From Mobula birostris (Eukaryota), in NCBI RefSeq assembly GCF_030028105.1, contig NC_092374.1, positions 197,589,345 through 197,653,344 on the forward strand: a DNA stretch of 64,000 nt, written 5' to 3'. Below are positions 51,582 to 63,496 of the stretch, piece after piece (position 1 is the first letter of the stretch; the number at the start of each line of letters is the position of its first letter). A program made the position numbers and the translations under genes. The notes beneath the pieces were generated by a model. It saw only the letters and a list, made by a program, of their open reading frames with translations. It was not told where the DNA came from and ran no database searches.

Positions 51582-53705
51582 AGGACTGTAAATGTGACTG
51601 TCTGGGGCTTGCACGGTTTGAGCTCTCTCGACACTTCAGTGGGTCTGATGCTGATGTTGGCACTTGGGAATAGTCTTCACTGTAACACCACGGGGTCATG
51701 TCAATGTCCTGAATCTGGCTGTGATGTACTAATTGTTAGCACTGATAACTGGGTCTATTCAATTCCTTTAATCTGGTTTTCTGTATTGGGTTGCTTTATT
51801 TTTTTTTAATGTCATCTGTTTTGGAATGTAAACTTTGTACAGTTTTAGTTATCTTGTAACATGTTTTTAATAAATCTTTAAATTTTTTAAAAATTGGGTG
51901 TAATTATATTTCATCATCAGAGAAAGAAAACTTGCCATTTTGTTGTATCACTGTATCTCAATAAATGTTCCCTCCTCTTCCTCCCTTTCCTAGGGAGATC
52001 TTCCTTCTAATTTCCAGCACACCTTCTTTCTGGATCTCTTTTGTCAACACTTCCCCACTCTCACAGCTGCAGTTTGGCATTACTTTACCAGAAGGCTTTT
52101 GGTTCTTCAAGAAGGTGACCAGTCCCCAAAGTTGACAGATCTAGTGATGTTGCCCTTCGCCAGTAGCTCCTGCATTGTCCCCAAAAACAGCTTAATTCGC
52201 TGCCTTGGGAGAGAATCCCATATGCTGGGAACGACGATTGGTATTGGCAGCAGGCTGAGTTTTGAGGTGTGGGTTTGGACAGGTACATGGAGGGGAGGTG
52301 ATTGACAGGTTGCGGGCAACTGGGACTAGCCGGGAGGATGCTGTGTGGGGCTTGGACAAGTTGGGTGGAAGGGCCATTTCCCAGCTGCTCTCCGCACAAT
52401 TGTTGGCGTTTCTGTGCATCACCAACATCGTATCATGTCAGGATGTAAAGGAACTTTATCAGCCAAGGACAACCTGCAGCAGGTCTTCAAGGCACTGGAG
52501 TGATACCACCAACTCTAGATACACTTTATTTATACCACCGATATATGTTGTGAATTTTTTGTTTTGTGGCAGCAGAACATTGCAATACATTATAATTTTT
52601 AAAACTTTGTATAAAATACGATAAGAAATACATATAAAATAAATGAAATAATTATTGCAGAATGGCAGCAAAATATTGTGAGTTAGTGGGCTTGAGGTCA
52701 GAATTCTGATGGCAGGGAGGAAGAAGTTGTTCCTGAAAAGTTGGGTGTGTGTCTTCTGGCTCCTGTACCTCTTCCTTGAAAGTCAGGCAGTATCTATGTT
52801 GGGAAATGAACAGTGGACCAACAGCAGACTGTAAGCAGAAACTCATCAAATCCACTGGCAACAAGTATCCTGCTCATGGACTTTATCTCTTGGCCCGAGG
52901 ACCAAGTTAAACTATTTTACCACAGTGAGATATTCCTGCATCAACGCCGTGTTGATTGGCGCCTGTGGTATTTAAAACTGTCTCCCTTAGATAGTGAACT
53001 TCCTCTGCCCTCCACAATAGAACGTGGAGGATTGAATACGGGGTGGAAAAAATACTCCAAGGGACAAAAGATGCTATGATCGGCACCAACATACGTTAAG
53101 TGCCGGCTGAAGTCATCATCTGCAGAGGGAAACGGACAGTCGACGTTTCGGATTAGACAGACCCTTGATCTGGAGTTTTCAACTCTGTCCCGAAGGAGTT
53201 GTAATCTTGAGATTATGATTCCTGGATGTGGATATTAAGGGAGGAAATATCGCCTTGGGTCTGAAAGTTGGAAAAAATATCCGATGAATGTTTCTTTCGG
53301 GTTCTTCTCCGCTGCGAGTGGGAGTGGTTGGGTGGCGCGGAATAAACCCCTCAACTACGGTTGTGTTATAGAAGATGAAGTAGCAGAGTGCCACGTGAGT
53401 GAGTAAAATTTGAAAACTGTACAGAATGAAATAGTCATGAATTCAGAGTTATTGAATGGTTTGTCGTAAATAATTTTCTCAAGTGTATTTTGTTTGGAGA
53501 AAACGGATGGGAGAAGGTAAGTCGCCGCCGAGACCCATCAGCAGGGCCCCCAGTATTTTTGTAACCTTACAAGGGAGTGGGTCTGGAAGCAGCGAGACGT
53601 ACGAAGTGAACCATCGGTTGTCAATACACGCACTGAGTACGGGAAGACTGTACACAACTTGCAGAAAACTCTTAACAGGGGAATCTCTGTCTTTAGATTA
53701 GAAAT

Positions 53706-53869
53706 CAGGGGAGAGCGCGAACGCAGTCCCCCACTACCACAAATTTTGCAGTCGAGTATCCCGCATTTGGGGACATCGCAGGCGTCAGCACACCCGAAGT
53801 GCAATGGGATAGCCTCGTCCTGGGAGAACCGCCTTAATGATCACGGTCTCTCCCCTGCCAGGTAAGTAT
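53706..53869 (-). ncRNA. RNU1: U1 spliceosomal snRNA, intact, 164 nt
   Basis: Minus strand ATACTTACCTGGCAGGGGAGA...ATTGCAC...AATTTGTGGTAGTGGGGGACTGCGTTCGCGCTCTCCCCTG; 3'-box-like TCTAAAGACAGA. Confidence 0.97.
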
Positions 53870-54290
53870 GCTTTTTCTTCTCTGCCATCCACGTGCATGC
53901 TTAACCCACACCCCTCAATATTCAGGCAAACAAATGTTCTAAAGATCTATTTCCTACTATTCCACGTGCTCCTCCTAAAATACTGTTAGCATAAATGCCA
54001 CAAATCTAGATTATTTGATTAACTGCTGTAGTTTACTGGTGACAAATCCCAGACCTTAATCTGCATGTTTTCTAAAAAAGGAAATGTGCGCCACGATTGG
54101 CTTTGCAGCGACTGGTCGTTGCTGAACCTGACCGCACGGTGTCAGTGTTTTCCTTGAGGAAATGCAGGGAGCTGCCTGAGGCCCACGGGGTGAATGAACA
54201 GACGACCCCGCAGACCGGGATTGCTCTAGAAAGGCTGCAGGGGAGATTAGCCAGGATGTCGCAGGGGGGTCAGCTTTTCACTTATGATGG
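53870..54290 (-). promoter_or_regulatory. U1 promoter
   Basis: PSE-like TTGCCTGAATATTGAGGGG at about -42 to -60 (53911-53929); octamer variant ATGCAGAT at about -190 (54059-54066). Confidence 0.65.
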
Positions 54291-54380
54291 GAGACTGAAC
54301 ACAGGACAGCACACGAACGGATCTTTCGGCTCAAAATGCCTGTGCACAGACATCTCACCCTGCAAAAAACGCTCACCCCC

Positions 54381-54870
54381 TTGTTATATGCTTTGAATAA
54401 GTCTTTTACTTCTTAAATTGGCTGTAACTTTATTTCAATATCAGGGCAGATGGGCATGAAAATTTGCCCTTTTGCTTTTAGCACTTCAAAGTCATCAATT
54501 TATGGGTGTTAAAGTATATAACTGAATGACCCTTCCTCATCCTCCCTTTCCCAGTGTTATCTTCTTTCCAATTTCCACCACACCATGTTTTTGGATCTGA
54601 TTTGTTAACACCTCACTGTCATCACAGGTTAAGCATGGGATTACTCTGTTGCAAGGCCTGTGATCCTTCAAGAATGTGACCAATCCTCAAGATGGACAGA
54701 TGAGTAATGTTGGTCTTCGCCAGCAGCTCCAGCATTGTCCTCCAAAATGTATAACTAGCTGCCTTGGGGGAGAATCTGGCAATGACAATTGGTAGTAACA
54801 GCAGTAGAACCTCAGCACATACTGTGTACTTGGTCCCCAAACATTTGCCTCAACCTGCAAAATAAGCTTC
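54381..54870 (+). repeat. Diverged sixth copy of the hsp70 3' UTR end and 3' flank, without CDS
   Basis: ttgttatatgctttgaataagtc...aagtcatcaatttatgggtgttaaa...cctcatcctccctttcccag...gctgccttgggggagaatc aligns with about 13039-13436. Confidence 0.75.
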
Positions 54871-54891
54871 ATGAAATCCTACATAAGGACT

Positions 54892-55823
54892 TGTGATGAA
54901 AGAGGGTTACAAAGAGTACACATAGATTAAGATGTTAACTGTCCTGTGCTGGCACCAGTGGGATCAACAGTTGATCTGCCACCTGTCTTCAGGAGAAAGA
55001 GAGATAAGGAAGACAATGGAGCAGCATTTGGAAATGTTAATGAAGAGACAAGAGAGTTTAACGGAAGGAGACACCGGTCTGAGAACTGTCAAGATCGGCT
55101 CCTTTTTGAACCCTGAACTGTTTGAAGTGATGGACAGGCGGTACCCCAGCAGGGGGATAAAAAGGGACTGGTTCGCTAAGGCAGACACACACGACACCAC
55201 GAGGTAACGAGACCCTGGAAGCGGTGCGCCTCCCACAAGTCAGTGGGAGTTTTTGGAGGGCTGGTCGCGGGAACAAGCCATAGACGCACAGGGTGGAAAG
55301 GTACGATCGGCGGGAACCTGGTGTGTGTCCGCCCTTGCCTAGGTGCCGGATTCACTGCTGAGGAACGATCATATCTGAAACAGAGGGGTCACAGTAGGTG
55401 ACCTCAGAAGACATTACAAAGGGCTCGCCCGAAAGCTGACTGCGGGGAATATCGAAGGTCTGTGTGGAAGCCGTTTTGAATATTCATTCGCTTTCACCCT
55501 CTCTCTCTCCTCCCCCCACCCCCTTGTCCATCGCCACGGCAGTGATTACTGTGAACTGAACTGAACTCCATTGAACGGAAGTTTGCATCACTTTGAAACT
55601 GGTCATTTACCCCTAGACGACAATAGAGCTTGATTGATCCTGTTATCCGAATGCTGTGTACATGTGTGTTTATCATTGCTGAACTGTTGCATTTATTATC
55701 CTTTTGATTAGAGTACTGTGTTTCTTATTTCTTTAATAAAACTTTCTTAGTTCCAGTAATCCAGACTCCAACTGAGTGGTCCATTTCTGCTGGTTTGGCA
55801 ACCCAGTTACGGGGTACGTAACA
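54892..55823 (+). mobile_element. Solo LTR (932 bp)
   Basis: TG...CA termini, 4-bp TSD gact, AATAAA at 55735. Confidence 0.85.
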
Positions 55824-55827
55824 GACT

Positions 55828-57850
55828 TCAAAGTCCCTTTGCACCAGTTTTTTTTGGTATTTTCTCTCCATTTAGAAAATAGTCAACCTTTTCATTTCTT
55901 TTACCAAAGTGCCCGACCATACACTTCCCAACTCTGTATCCCATCTGCCATTCCTTTGCCCCATTCTCCTGATCTGTCTAAGTCCTTCTGTCGCCTCTCT
56001 ACTACTGCTGCCCTCCACCTATCTTCATGTCATCTGCAAACTTTGCATCAATTCCATCATCCAGATCATTGATATACAATGTAAAAAGAATCGGTCCCAA
56101 CACAGACCCCTTCATTCTCTCTCTTTGCCTCCTGACAATCAGCTGCTGTTTTGTATTTTGTGTAATGCCATGGTCATGTAGCTTGCTAAGCAGCCTCATG
56201 TGTGGCACCTTGTTAAAGGCCTTCTGAAAATCCAAGTACACAGCATCAATGGATCCTCCTTTGTCTAATCCATCCCGCTTATTATTTCTTCAAAGAATTC
56301 CAACAAATTTGTCAAGCAAGATTTTCCCTTCAGGAAACTATGCTGACTTTGGCCTATTTTATCATGTTCCTCCAACTACCCTGAGACCTCATCTTTAATA
56401 ATCCACTCCAATACCTTCCCAACCACTGAAGTCAGACTAACTGGCCTATAGTTTCCTTTCTTCTGCTTCTCTCCCTTCTTGGAGAGTAAAACGTTTGCAA
56501 TTTTCCAGTCTCCTTTATGGAACCATTGCAGAATCTAATGATTCTTGAAGGATCATTACAAATGCCTCCACAATCTCTTCAGCCACCTCTTTCAGAACTC
56601 TGGGGTGTACACCATCTGATCCAGGTGACCTCAGACCTTTCACTTTCCTAAGAACCTTCTCTCTAGTTATGGTAACTTCACACACTTCATGCCCCCTGAC
56701 ATATGGAACTTCCACCATACTGCTGGTGTTTTTCACTGTGAAGACTGATGCAAAATTCTTAATCAGTTCATCCGCTATTTTGTTGTCGCCTATTACTACC
56801 GCTCCAGCATTGTTTTCCACCAGTCTAATATCCACTTTCACCTCCCTTTTATGCTTTAAGTATCTGAAGAAACTTTTGGTATCCTCTTTAATATGATTGG
56901 CTAGCATACTTTTGTATTCCAGCTTTACCTTCTTAAAGACTTTTTAGTTGCCTTGTGTTGGTTTTATAAGTTTCCTAATCCTCTAACTTCCCACTAATTT
57001 TTGCTCAATTTTATGCCCCCTCTTTGGCTTTTATGTTGGCTTTGACTTCTCTTGTTAGCCACCGTTCTGTAATCTTCCCTTCAGAATAGTGCTTCCTCTT
57101 TGTGATGTAAATATTGTTTCCAGAAATTCCAGCCATTGCTGCTCTGCTATCAACCCAGAGTTCTATTCCAATCAATTCTGGCCAGCTCCTCTCTCATGCC
57201 TCTGTAATTCCCATTATTCCACTGTGATACTGATACGTCTGACTTTAGCTTCTCCTTCTTAAATTCCAGTGTGAATTCAATCATATTATGATCACTTTCC
57301 CCTGAAGGTTCTTTTACCTTAAGTTCTCTTATCAATTCTGGTTCATCGCACAATACCCAGATCAGAATAGCTGATCACCTAATGGGCTCAGCCACGAGCT
57401 GCTCCAAAAAGCTATCTCATGGGCTCTCAAGAAATTACCGCTCCTGCAATCCAGCACCAACCTGATTTTCTATCCCCTATTGTAGTTTGTTGGCCACATC
57501 CTCAGTACTGTTTGGGGTCTGTATACAACTCCTACCAGGGACTTTTTACCCTTTCAGTTCCTCAGCCCTGTCCACGATGATTCAACACCTTCCAATCTCT
57601 TTCTAATGATTTGACTTCATTTTTTACCAACAGAGCAACACCTCCCCGTCTGCCTTCCTGCCTGTCCTTTTGATATAAGTGTGTCCTTGGACATCAAGCT
57701 CCCAGCTATAATCTTTCAGCCATGATTCAGTGATGTCAACACCATCATACCTGCCAACCTGCAACTGTGCTGCAAGTTCATCTACCTTATTCCATATACT
57801 GCACACATTCAGATACAACTCTTCCAGTCCTGTGTTCACTCTTTTTGATT
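55828..57850 (-). mobile_element. CR1 ORF2 fragments
   Basis: YLDFQKAFNKV, KFADD, SPGSDGVHPRVLKE, SDHNMIEF, LYLNVCSIWNK..ITESWL. Confidence 0.85.
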
Positions 57851-57871
57851 TTGTCTCCCTTTTAGGTTTCA

Positions 57872-58537
57872 GGGGAGAGGAGAAGATGGTGGCGCGATGC
57901 AGCTCGCAGCGGCCACTCCAGTGGTGATGTCTGTTATCTGTCAAGTAGGGTGCCGAGCACAATCCTGATTTGATGGAGACAGATATGAGAGCACGGAGGA
58001 ACATCTGGTGAAACTTCTGAAATGCCTGCTTCGTTGCCGCTGCTACTGTGTGATCCAGAATCTCCGGAGGAGAAGGCCCCGAGTCCTCGGCTTTGCTTGT
58101 TGCTCGGCAGCCGGGGCGGGGTCGAAGTGCTCGGCAGAGGATGGTACTTGGTGTCGGAGGGCTAGTCGGAGGCTCAAAGCTTTCGGACGGACTGAGCGTC
58201 GGCTGCGGTCGGGTGCTTCCAATGTATCGGCAGGTTTGCGGCGCTTGGAGATTCATGGCAGGGAGAGTTTCTCCCGTCTACCGTCTGTGTGAGATGATGG
58301 GGCTATCGGGACTTTGAGACTTTTTTTTACCATGCCCATGGTCTGCTCTTTATCAAATTACAGTATTGCTTTGCACTGTTGTAACGATATGTTATAATTA
58401 TGTGGTTTTGTCAGTTTTAGTCTTGGTTCGTCCTGTGTTTCTGTAATATCTTTCTGGAGGAACATTGTATCATTTTTTAATGCATGCATTTCTAAATGAC
58501 AATAAATGAGGACTGAGTGTCCTCATAATCTAATCTA
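57872..58537 (+). mobile_element. Non-autonomous LINE-related element
   Basis: aagatggtggcg head, AATAAA and (aatct)n tail; no recognisable ORF. Confidence 0.45.
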
Positions 58538-58539
58538 AA

Positions 58540-59162
58540 TACTCATCTTGTTGACCACCAAAACCTAGCCTTTCCAGCAGTGAGGGGAGCCCTTCTCAGT
58601 CAGAACCCTCCTGTATGCCCGTAATATCATCTCCACAACCCCCTGCCCATGGGAGGACTGCAGTGGAAATGAATCAGTAAGACTGTGGGTTCGCAGAGAA
58701 GATGAAAGGGCTTCTGTCAGGTTTCATCCCCGGCAGGCAGCTGCGTTGTAGACAACCCTCTGATCTGCAGGCCACTCCTAGGGACGCACACGGAGACAAA
58801 CATCAAGCTGACAGATCATCAGCTCGGCGAAAAAATGCTCTTGGTCATCCTGAAACGGTGGTATCCCCGTGGAAGAATTCTGCCAACTGGCACGTTCCAG
58901 GCTGCAGGAGTATGTGCCAAGGTTGGCACTGAAGCCACCCGAGGAAGGAAGGACCACGGTTTAGGGAGTGGCTGGGGGTGGGGAGAAGCCCCTCAATTGT
59001 GGTTGTATTGCCTGAAATGAACCCTCAGGGTGCCACAAGAGGGGCAGAATTATTTTACACTGTGTACAAAGGATTGACAATGTCTGTAAAGAATGCAGGG
59101 TTATTGAATGGCTTATTCTTGCAAATAATTTTATGAATAAAGTATATTTTGCTAATAAAAAA
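58540..59162 (+). mobile_element. Tx1-type ORF2 3' end
   Basis: AVRGAL, LLYARN..CPWEDC, SRLQEYV, GRTTV-stop, then gaataaagtatattttg plus A-tail. Confidence 0.7.
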
Positions 59163-59239
59163 TTTATCTAGTAGGGTTTCAGCCCAAAACATCTACTGTA
59201 CTCTTTTCTGTAGAGGCTGCCTGGCCTGCTGAGTTCCTC

Positions 59240-60040
59240 CAGCATTCTGTGTGCATTGTTCATCCAGCTGATTGTAATTTTGCCCCATCAACAGCTTCTC
59301 CTCACTGCACAATGCCTCTGTTTGCAAACCAGCTACCTGATCTTCAGCACTATTATTCATCTTTCCTACGATATTTCTTGCATGGAAATAGACGCAGCTC
59401 AGGACACTAGTCTCACCATGCTCAACCACTTGATTCCTAACTGTGGCTCACCAACATCTGCCTCCACAAACTCTGCACTAACTGTTCTAGCACTTTGGAT
59501 CCCATCCCCCTACAACTCTAGTTTAAACCCTGTGCAGCATTATCAAACCTTCCAAATAGGATATTAGTCCCCCTCCAGTTCAGGTGCAAACTATCCCTTC
59601 TGTACAGGTCCCATCTCCCCTGGAAGAGAGCCTAATGATCCAAAAATGTTATGCCCTACCTCCTACACCAACTCCTGAGCCACATATTAAATTGGATAAT
59701 CTTCCTAGTTCTGGCCTCACTATCACGTGGCACGGGTGGCAATCCTGAGATCAGAACCCTGAAGGCCCTGCCCTTTAACTTAGCACCACACTCCCTTTGC
59801 AGAACCTCGTCATTCGACCTAGCCATGTCATTGGTACCTAACACGGACCACAACTTCTGGCTGTTCACCCTCCCACTTAATGTCGAGGACTGAACCTGAG
59901 ATACAGTATCCCGGACTTTGGCTCCCGAGAGGCACACACCATCCGGGATCCCGTCAGAGACCCGACTACTGTTAGGTCACCCCGACAGTATCCAAAATGA
60001 TATACCTATTGTTGAGGGGGAATGACCACAGGGGTACTCT
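59240..60040 (-). mobile_element. CR1 ORF1 (SGNH esterase-like) and ORF2 start
   Basis: CLSGAKVRD, GTNDMAR, VLISGLPPVP; CVYFHARNIVGK. Confidence 0.75.
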
Positions 60041-60049
60041 GCTCTGTTA

Positions 60050-60470
60050 AATGTCTGTCTGTCTGTATCTTGTTTTACTGCGGTTGGCATCCAGCTTAAT
60101 GGTGCATTACCGCCACCCTCTGCTCCAGAATGTGCACTAGACATACATTCTAAATCCCTTCACCCAATCACTCACACACACACACACCCCTACACTTCAC
60201 CCTCCCATCTTTGACCATCCTAGTATCCTATTCCTGTTTATTCGTCATATTCTATAAAAAAAACCCCTGTACCCCTTAAAAACACTAAAAATACCCGGAC
60301 TTGTGCTCTCTCACCCATGCCCAGCAACCCTTTTAATGTGAATTCCTGCATCCCCCAACTCCCCTAATTTATTCCTCATCATCTCTCTCTGTATCCCATA
60401 CTTCCTGCAACACAAAACTACATGTTCTACTGACTCCTCTTCCTGACATTCCTCACACAATCCTGTCTGC
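60050..60470 (-). mobile_element. I/Nimb-like LINE 3' end
   Basis: Minus strand GLCEECQEEESVEHVVLCCRKY zinc knuckle. Confidence 0.55.
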
Positions 60471-60516
60471 TCTGTTAAGTGCTCAAGGAGATCTGGTTTT
60501 TTTTGTGTGAAAATGC

Positions 60517-61866
60517 TGTAACGGTCTTTTGGAGGTCACCTGATGTGATTTTCCCGCCGATGTGAGGTCACGTGATGACATGTGCCGCCCGCCCCCCCCC
60601 GTGACTATATAAGGGTCGACCCGGGTGACGTAGTAGGTGTTTGAGTTTGTAGATTTTCAGGTGGAATGGGTTGTGCCTCCGTTTCTGTTGCGTTTGTTTT
60701 TGTGACGCAGTTTCATTTATAAAACGGTTGTACGTTCTGTTGAAAGATTCCATATTACTTGGACTGGGAATTTGTGGCTGGAAGTGCCAATTTACTCAAT
60801 TCCGACAGTTTTGAAGGGAGAGTAAAGAATTCGTCGAAGTGAAGGAGCGAGAGAAGTCGGTATCGTTTGGCAGTTTGATAAAGGATAGACCTTATTGAGT
60901 TTTCATTGAAGAGAAGCTGCATTGAGATAACTCTTGTAAAAGCGCAATAAGTTCATGCAAAAAGGCTCTCTCTCTAAAAGGAACTTAAGGTCAGTTGATT
61001 TAAACTGTTTATTTTCGGTTAATTCCACATCCCATTCCCATTCTGACATATCGATCCACGGCCTCCTCTACTGTAAAGATGAAGCCACACTCAGGTTGGA
61101 GGAACAACACTTTATATTCCGTCTGGGTAGCCTCCAACCTGATGGCATGAACATCGACTTCTCTAACTTCCGCTAAGGCCCCCTCGTACCCCATCTGTTA
61201 CTTATTTTTATACACACATTCTTTCTCTCACTCTCCTTTTTCTCCCTCTGTCCCTCTGACTATACCCCTTGCCCATCCTCCCTTGTCTTTCTTCCCGGAC
61301 CTCCTGTCCCATGATCCTCTCGTATCCCTTTTGCCAATCACCTGTCCAGCTCTTGGCTCCATCCCTCCCCCTCCTGTCTTCTCCTATCATTTTGGATCTC
61401 CCCCTCCCCCTCCCACTTTAAAATCCCTTACTCACTCTTCCTTCAGTTAGTCCTGACGAAGGGTCTCGGCCTGAAACGTCGACTGTACCTCTTCCGACAG
61501 ATGCTGATTGGCCTGCTGCATTCACCAGCAACTTTTATGTGTGTTGTTTACTTTCGGCATCGGGAATCCTGTGGACGGAACCAGAAGTAAAGGTGTGTCG
61601 GCGAAGAAATAGTTCTCTAGATAAGTCTCCCAATTGAACGTGTAAATCCTGTTGGACTTTGGAAGTTATCGCTTTAAGAACTGTTTTCAGCATTTAACGC
61701 TTTAAGAACCAGAGCTGAGTGGCGAGCTGGTGAACAACTGCGTACCTGTTACTCTCCGGTTAAAGTTTTCCTTTTTTTTCTTATCGTTTATACGTGTTTA
61801 ATAAATGTTCGGTTGTTTTTATAAAACCTGTCTCGATTAATATTCATTGTTGCCGGTTACGTAACA
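60517..61866 (+). mobile_element. Solo LTR with nested Penelope-like fragment (about 61019-61545)
   Basis: TGTAAC...GTAACA termini, TATATAA near 60606, AATAAA at 61800; nested insert flanked by tgttta(t/c)tttcgg; no TSD around the LTR. Confidence 0.7.
61449..61484 (+). ncRNA. Minimal hammerhead ribozyme motif with GUC cleavage triplet
   Basis: agtc-CTGACGA-agggtctcggcct-GAAA-cGTC-gact. Confidence 0.7.
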
Positions 61867-62070
61867 CTCTTTAACCCTTTCCCGTCACCCAGTTTTCAGG
61901 CTGCAGAATGATGTCGAAATCATCCTGTTCCATCTCCAAGTCCTGAACGCCGATTGCTAGGATCCGTAGCTGTATTATGCACGTCTTGGTGTACCGAGGT
62001 CCTACCGACGGCTGTACAGCAACCAACTCACTCTACCTCGCAAATTTCAGTTTCTATCTTTATTGAAGAT

Positions 62071-62234
62071 CAGGGGAGAGCGCGAACGCAGTCCCCCACT
62101 ACCACAAATTTTGCAGTCGAGTATCCCGCATTTGGGGACATCGCAGGCGTCAGCACACCCAAAGTGCAATGGGATAGCCTCGTCCTGGGAGAACCGCCTT
62201 AATGATCACGGTCTCTCCCCTGCCAGGTAAGTAT
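62071..62234 (-). ncRNA. RNU1: U1 spliceosomal snRNA, intact, 164 nt
   Basis: One visible difference from the 53706 copy (ACTTTGGG vs ACTTCGGG next to loop II). Confidence 0.97.
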
Positions 62235-62636
62235 GCTTTCTTTTCTTTGCCATCTGCATGCATGCTTAACCCACACCCCTCAAATTTAAGGCAACCAAAT
62301 CTTTTAAATACCTATTTCCCACTTTTACATGTGCTCCTCCTAGAATACCGTTACCACAAATGCCACAAATTTAGAGTATTTGATTAGCTTCTGTAGTTAT
62401 TGCTGGCAATTCGCATACCTTAATCTGCATGTTTGCTAAAAAAGGAAATGTGCGCCACGATTGGCTTTGCAGCGACTGGTCGTTGCCCAACCCGACCGCA
62501 CGGTGTCAGTGTTTTCATTGAGGAAATGCAGGGAGCTGCCTGAGGCCCACAGGGTGAATGAACAGGCGGCCCCGCAGACCGGGATTGCGCTGGAAAGGGT
62601 GTAGGGGAGATTAGCCAGGATGTTGCAGGGGGTTAG
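62235..62636 (-). promoter_or_regulatory. U1 promoter
   Basis: PSE-like TTGCCTTAAATTTGAGGGG, SPH-like taccacaaatgccacaa, ATGCAGAT; collinear with the other U1 upstream copies. Confidence 0.65.
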
Positions 62637-63496
62637 CGTGCTGAGGGATAGGACAGCACACCTGCAGGCCTTTCGGGGGCCAAAACAATGTTATGTCAAA
62701 TTAAACTAAATCTGAAAGGTGAAGGGAAGATTCGGCAGGGTGCTTCTCTCATTTCATCAAATCCTAATACGAGGAATTTTGCGGATGCTGGAAATTCAAG
62801 CATCCTGATGAAGGGTCTCGGACCGAAGCGTCGACTGTACCTCTTCCTAGAGATGCTGCCTGGCCTGCTACGTTCACCAGCAACTTTGATGTGTGTTGCT
62901 TATAAAATTCTATCTGGTTTTTGGTCCACCCTCCGACATCCCAGAGCTGGGATGTGTTGGGTTTGTTTTCCTTGCGGAGCAGAAATGGGAGAGGGGGATA
63001 CAGGGAAAATGGACAGCGAGAACTTTTTCCCTGTGACGAAGCGATCTCAAACCGGAGGGCCTTGGTTTGGGTGGGTGAACGTTTCCCAATCTTTTTTGTG
63101 TTACACCTCCTTGGCTCCCAGACCTCGCCCCAGCGTCCCCGCTCAGTTTCTGGCCATTACATAAACATTATAAAGAAGTTTGATTTATGATGCACAGTGA
63201 AAGAAAATAGGAACTTCAAATTCAAAGCAGTGACAAACAATGGCAAAAAAATTCAAATCTATTAAACCTACAAATAGTTATTATTAAATACAATCGGCGA
63301 TTGTAGAATGTACATTCATCCAACTGTTCACTACTTCATTGTGTGTTTTTTAATGAGATGGGCGGGTTGTACTATCAATTTCTCAACAGCAGACTGAAGG
63401 AGTCTCAGATCCTCATTCAGTAATTTGCCGTCTGTTTCATTGCTTTGAAAGAAGTTGGGTGGGTACATTGAAACCATGCTCCATTAAGTAATATTT

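Noticed and set aside
53659-53865. Small plus-strand ORFs over U1 (also 61954-62202 and 16213-16422)
   Set aside because: Chance frames antisense to U1 snRNA.
62801-62836. Hammerhead-like motif
   Set aside because: Core GAAA is mutated to GAAG and stem I is disrupted; not called as a ribozyme.
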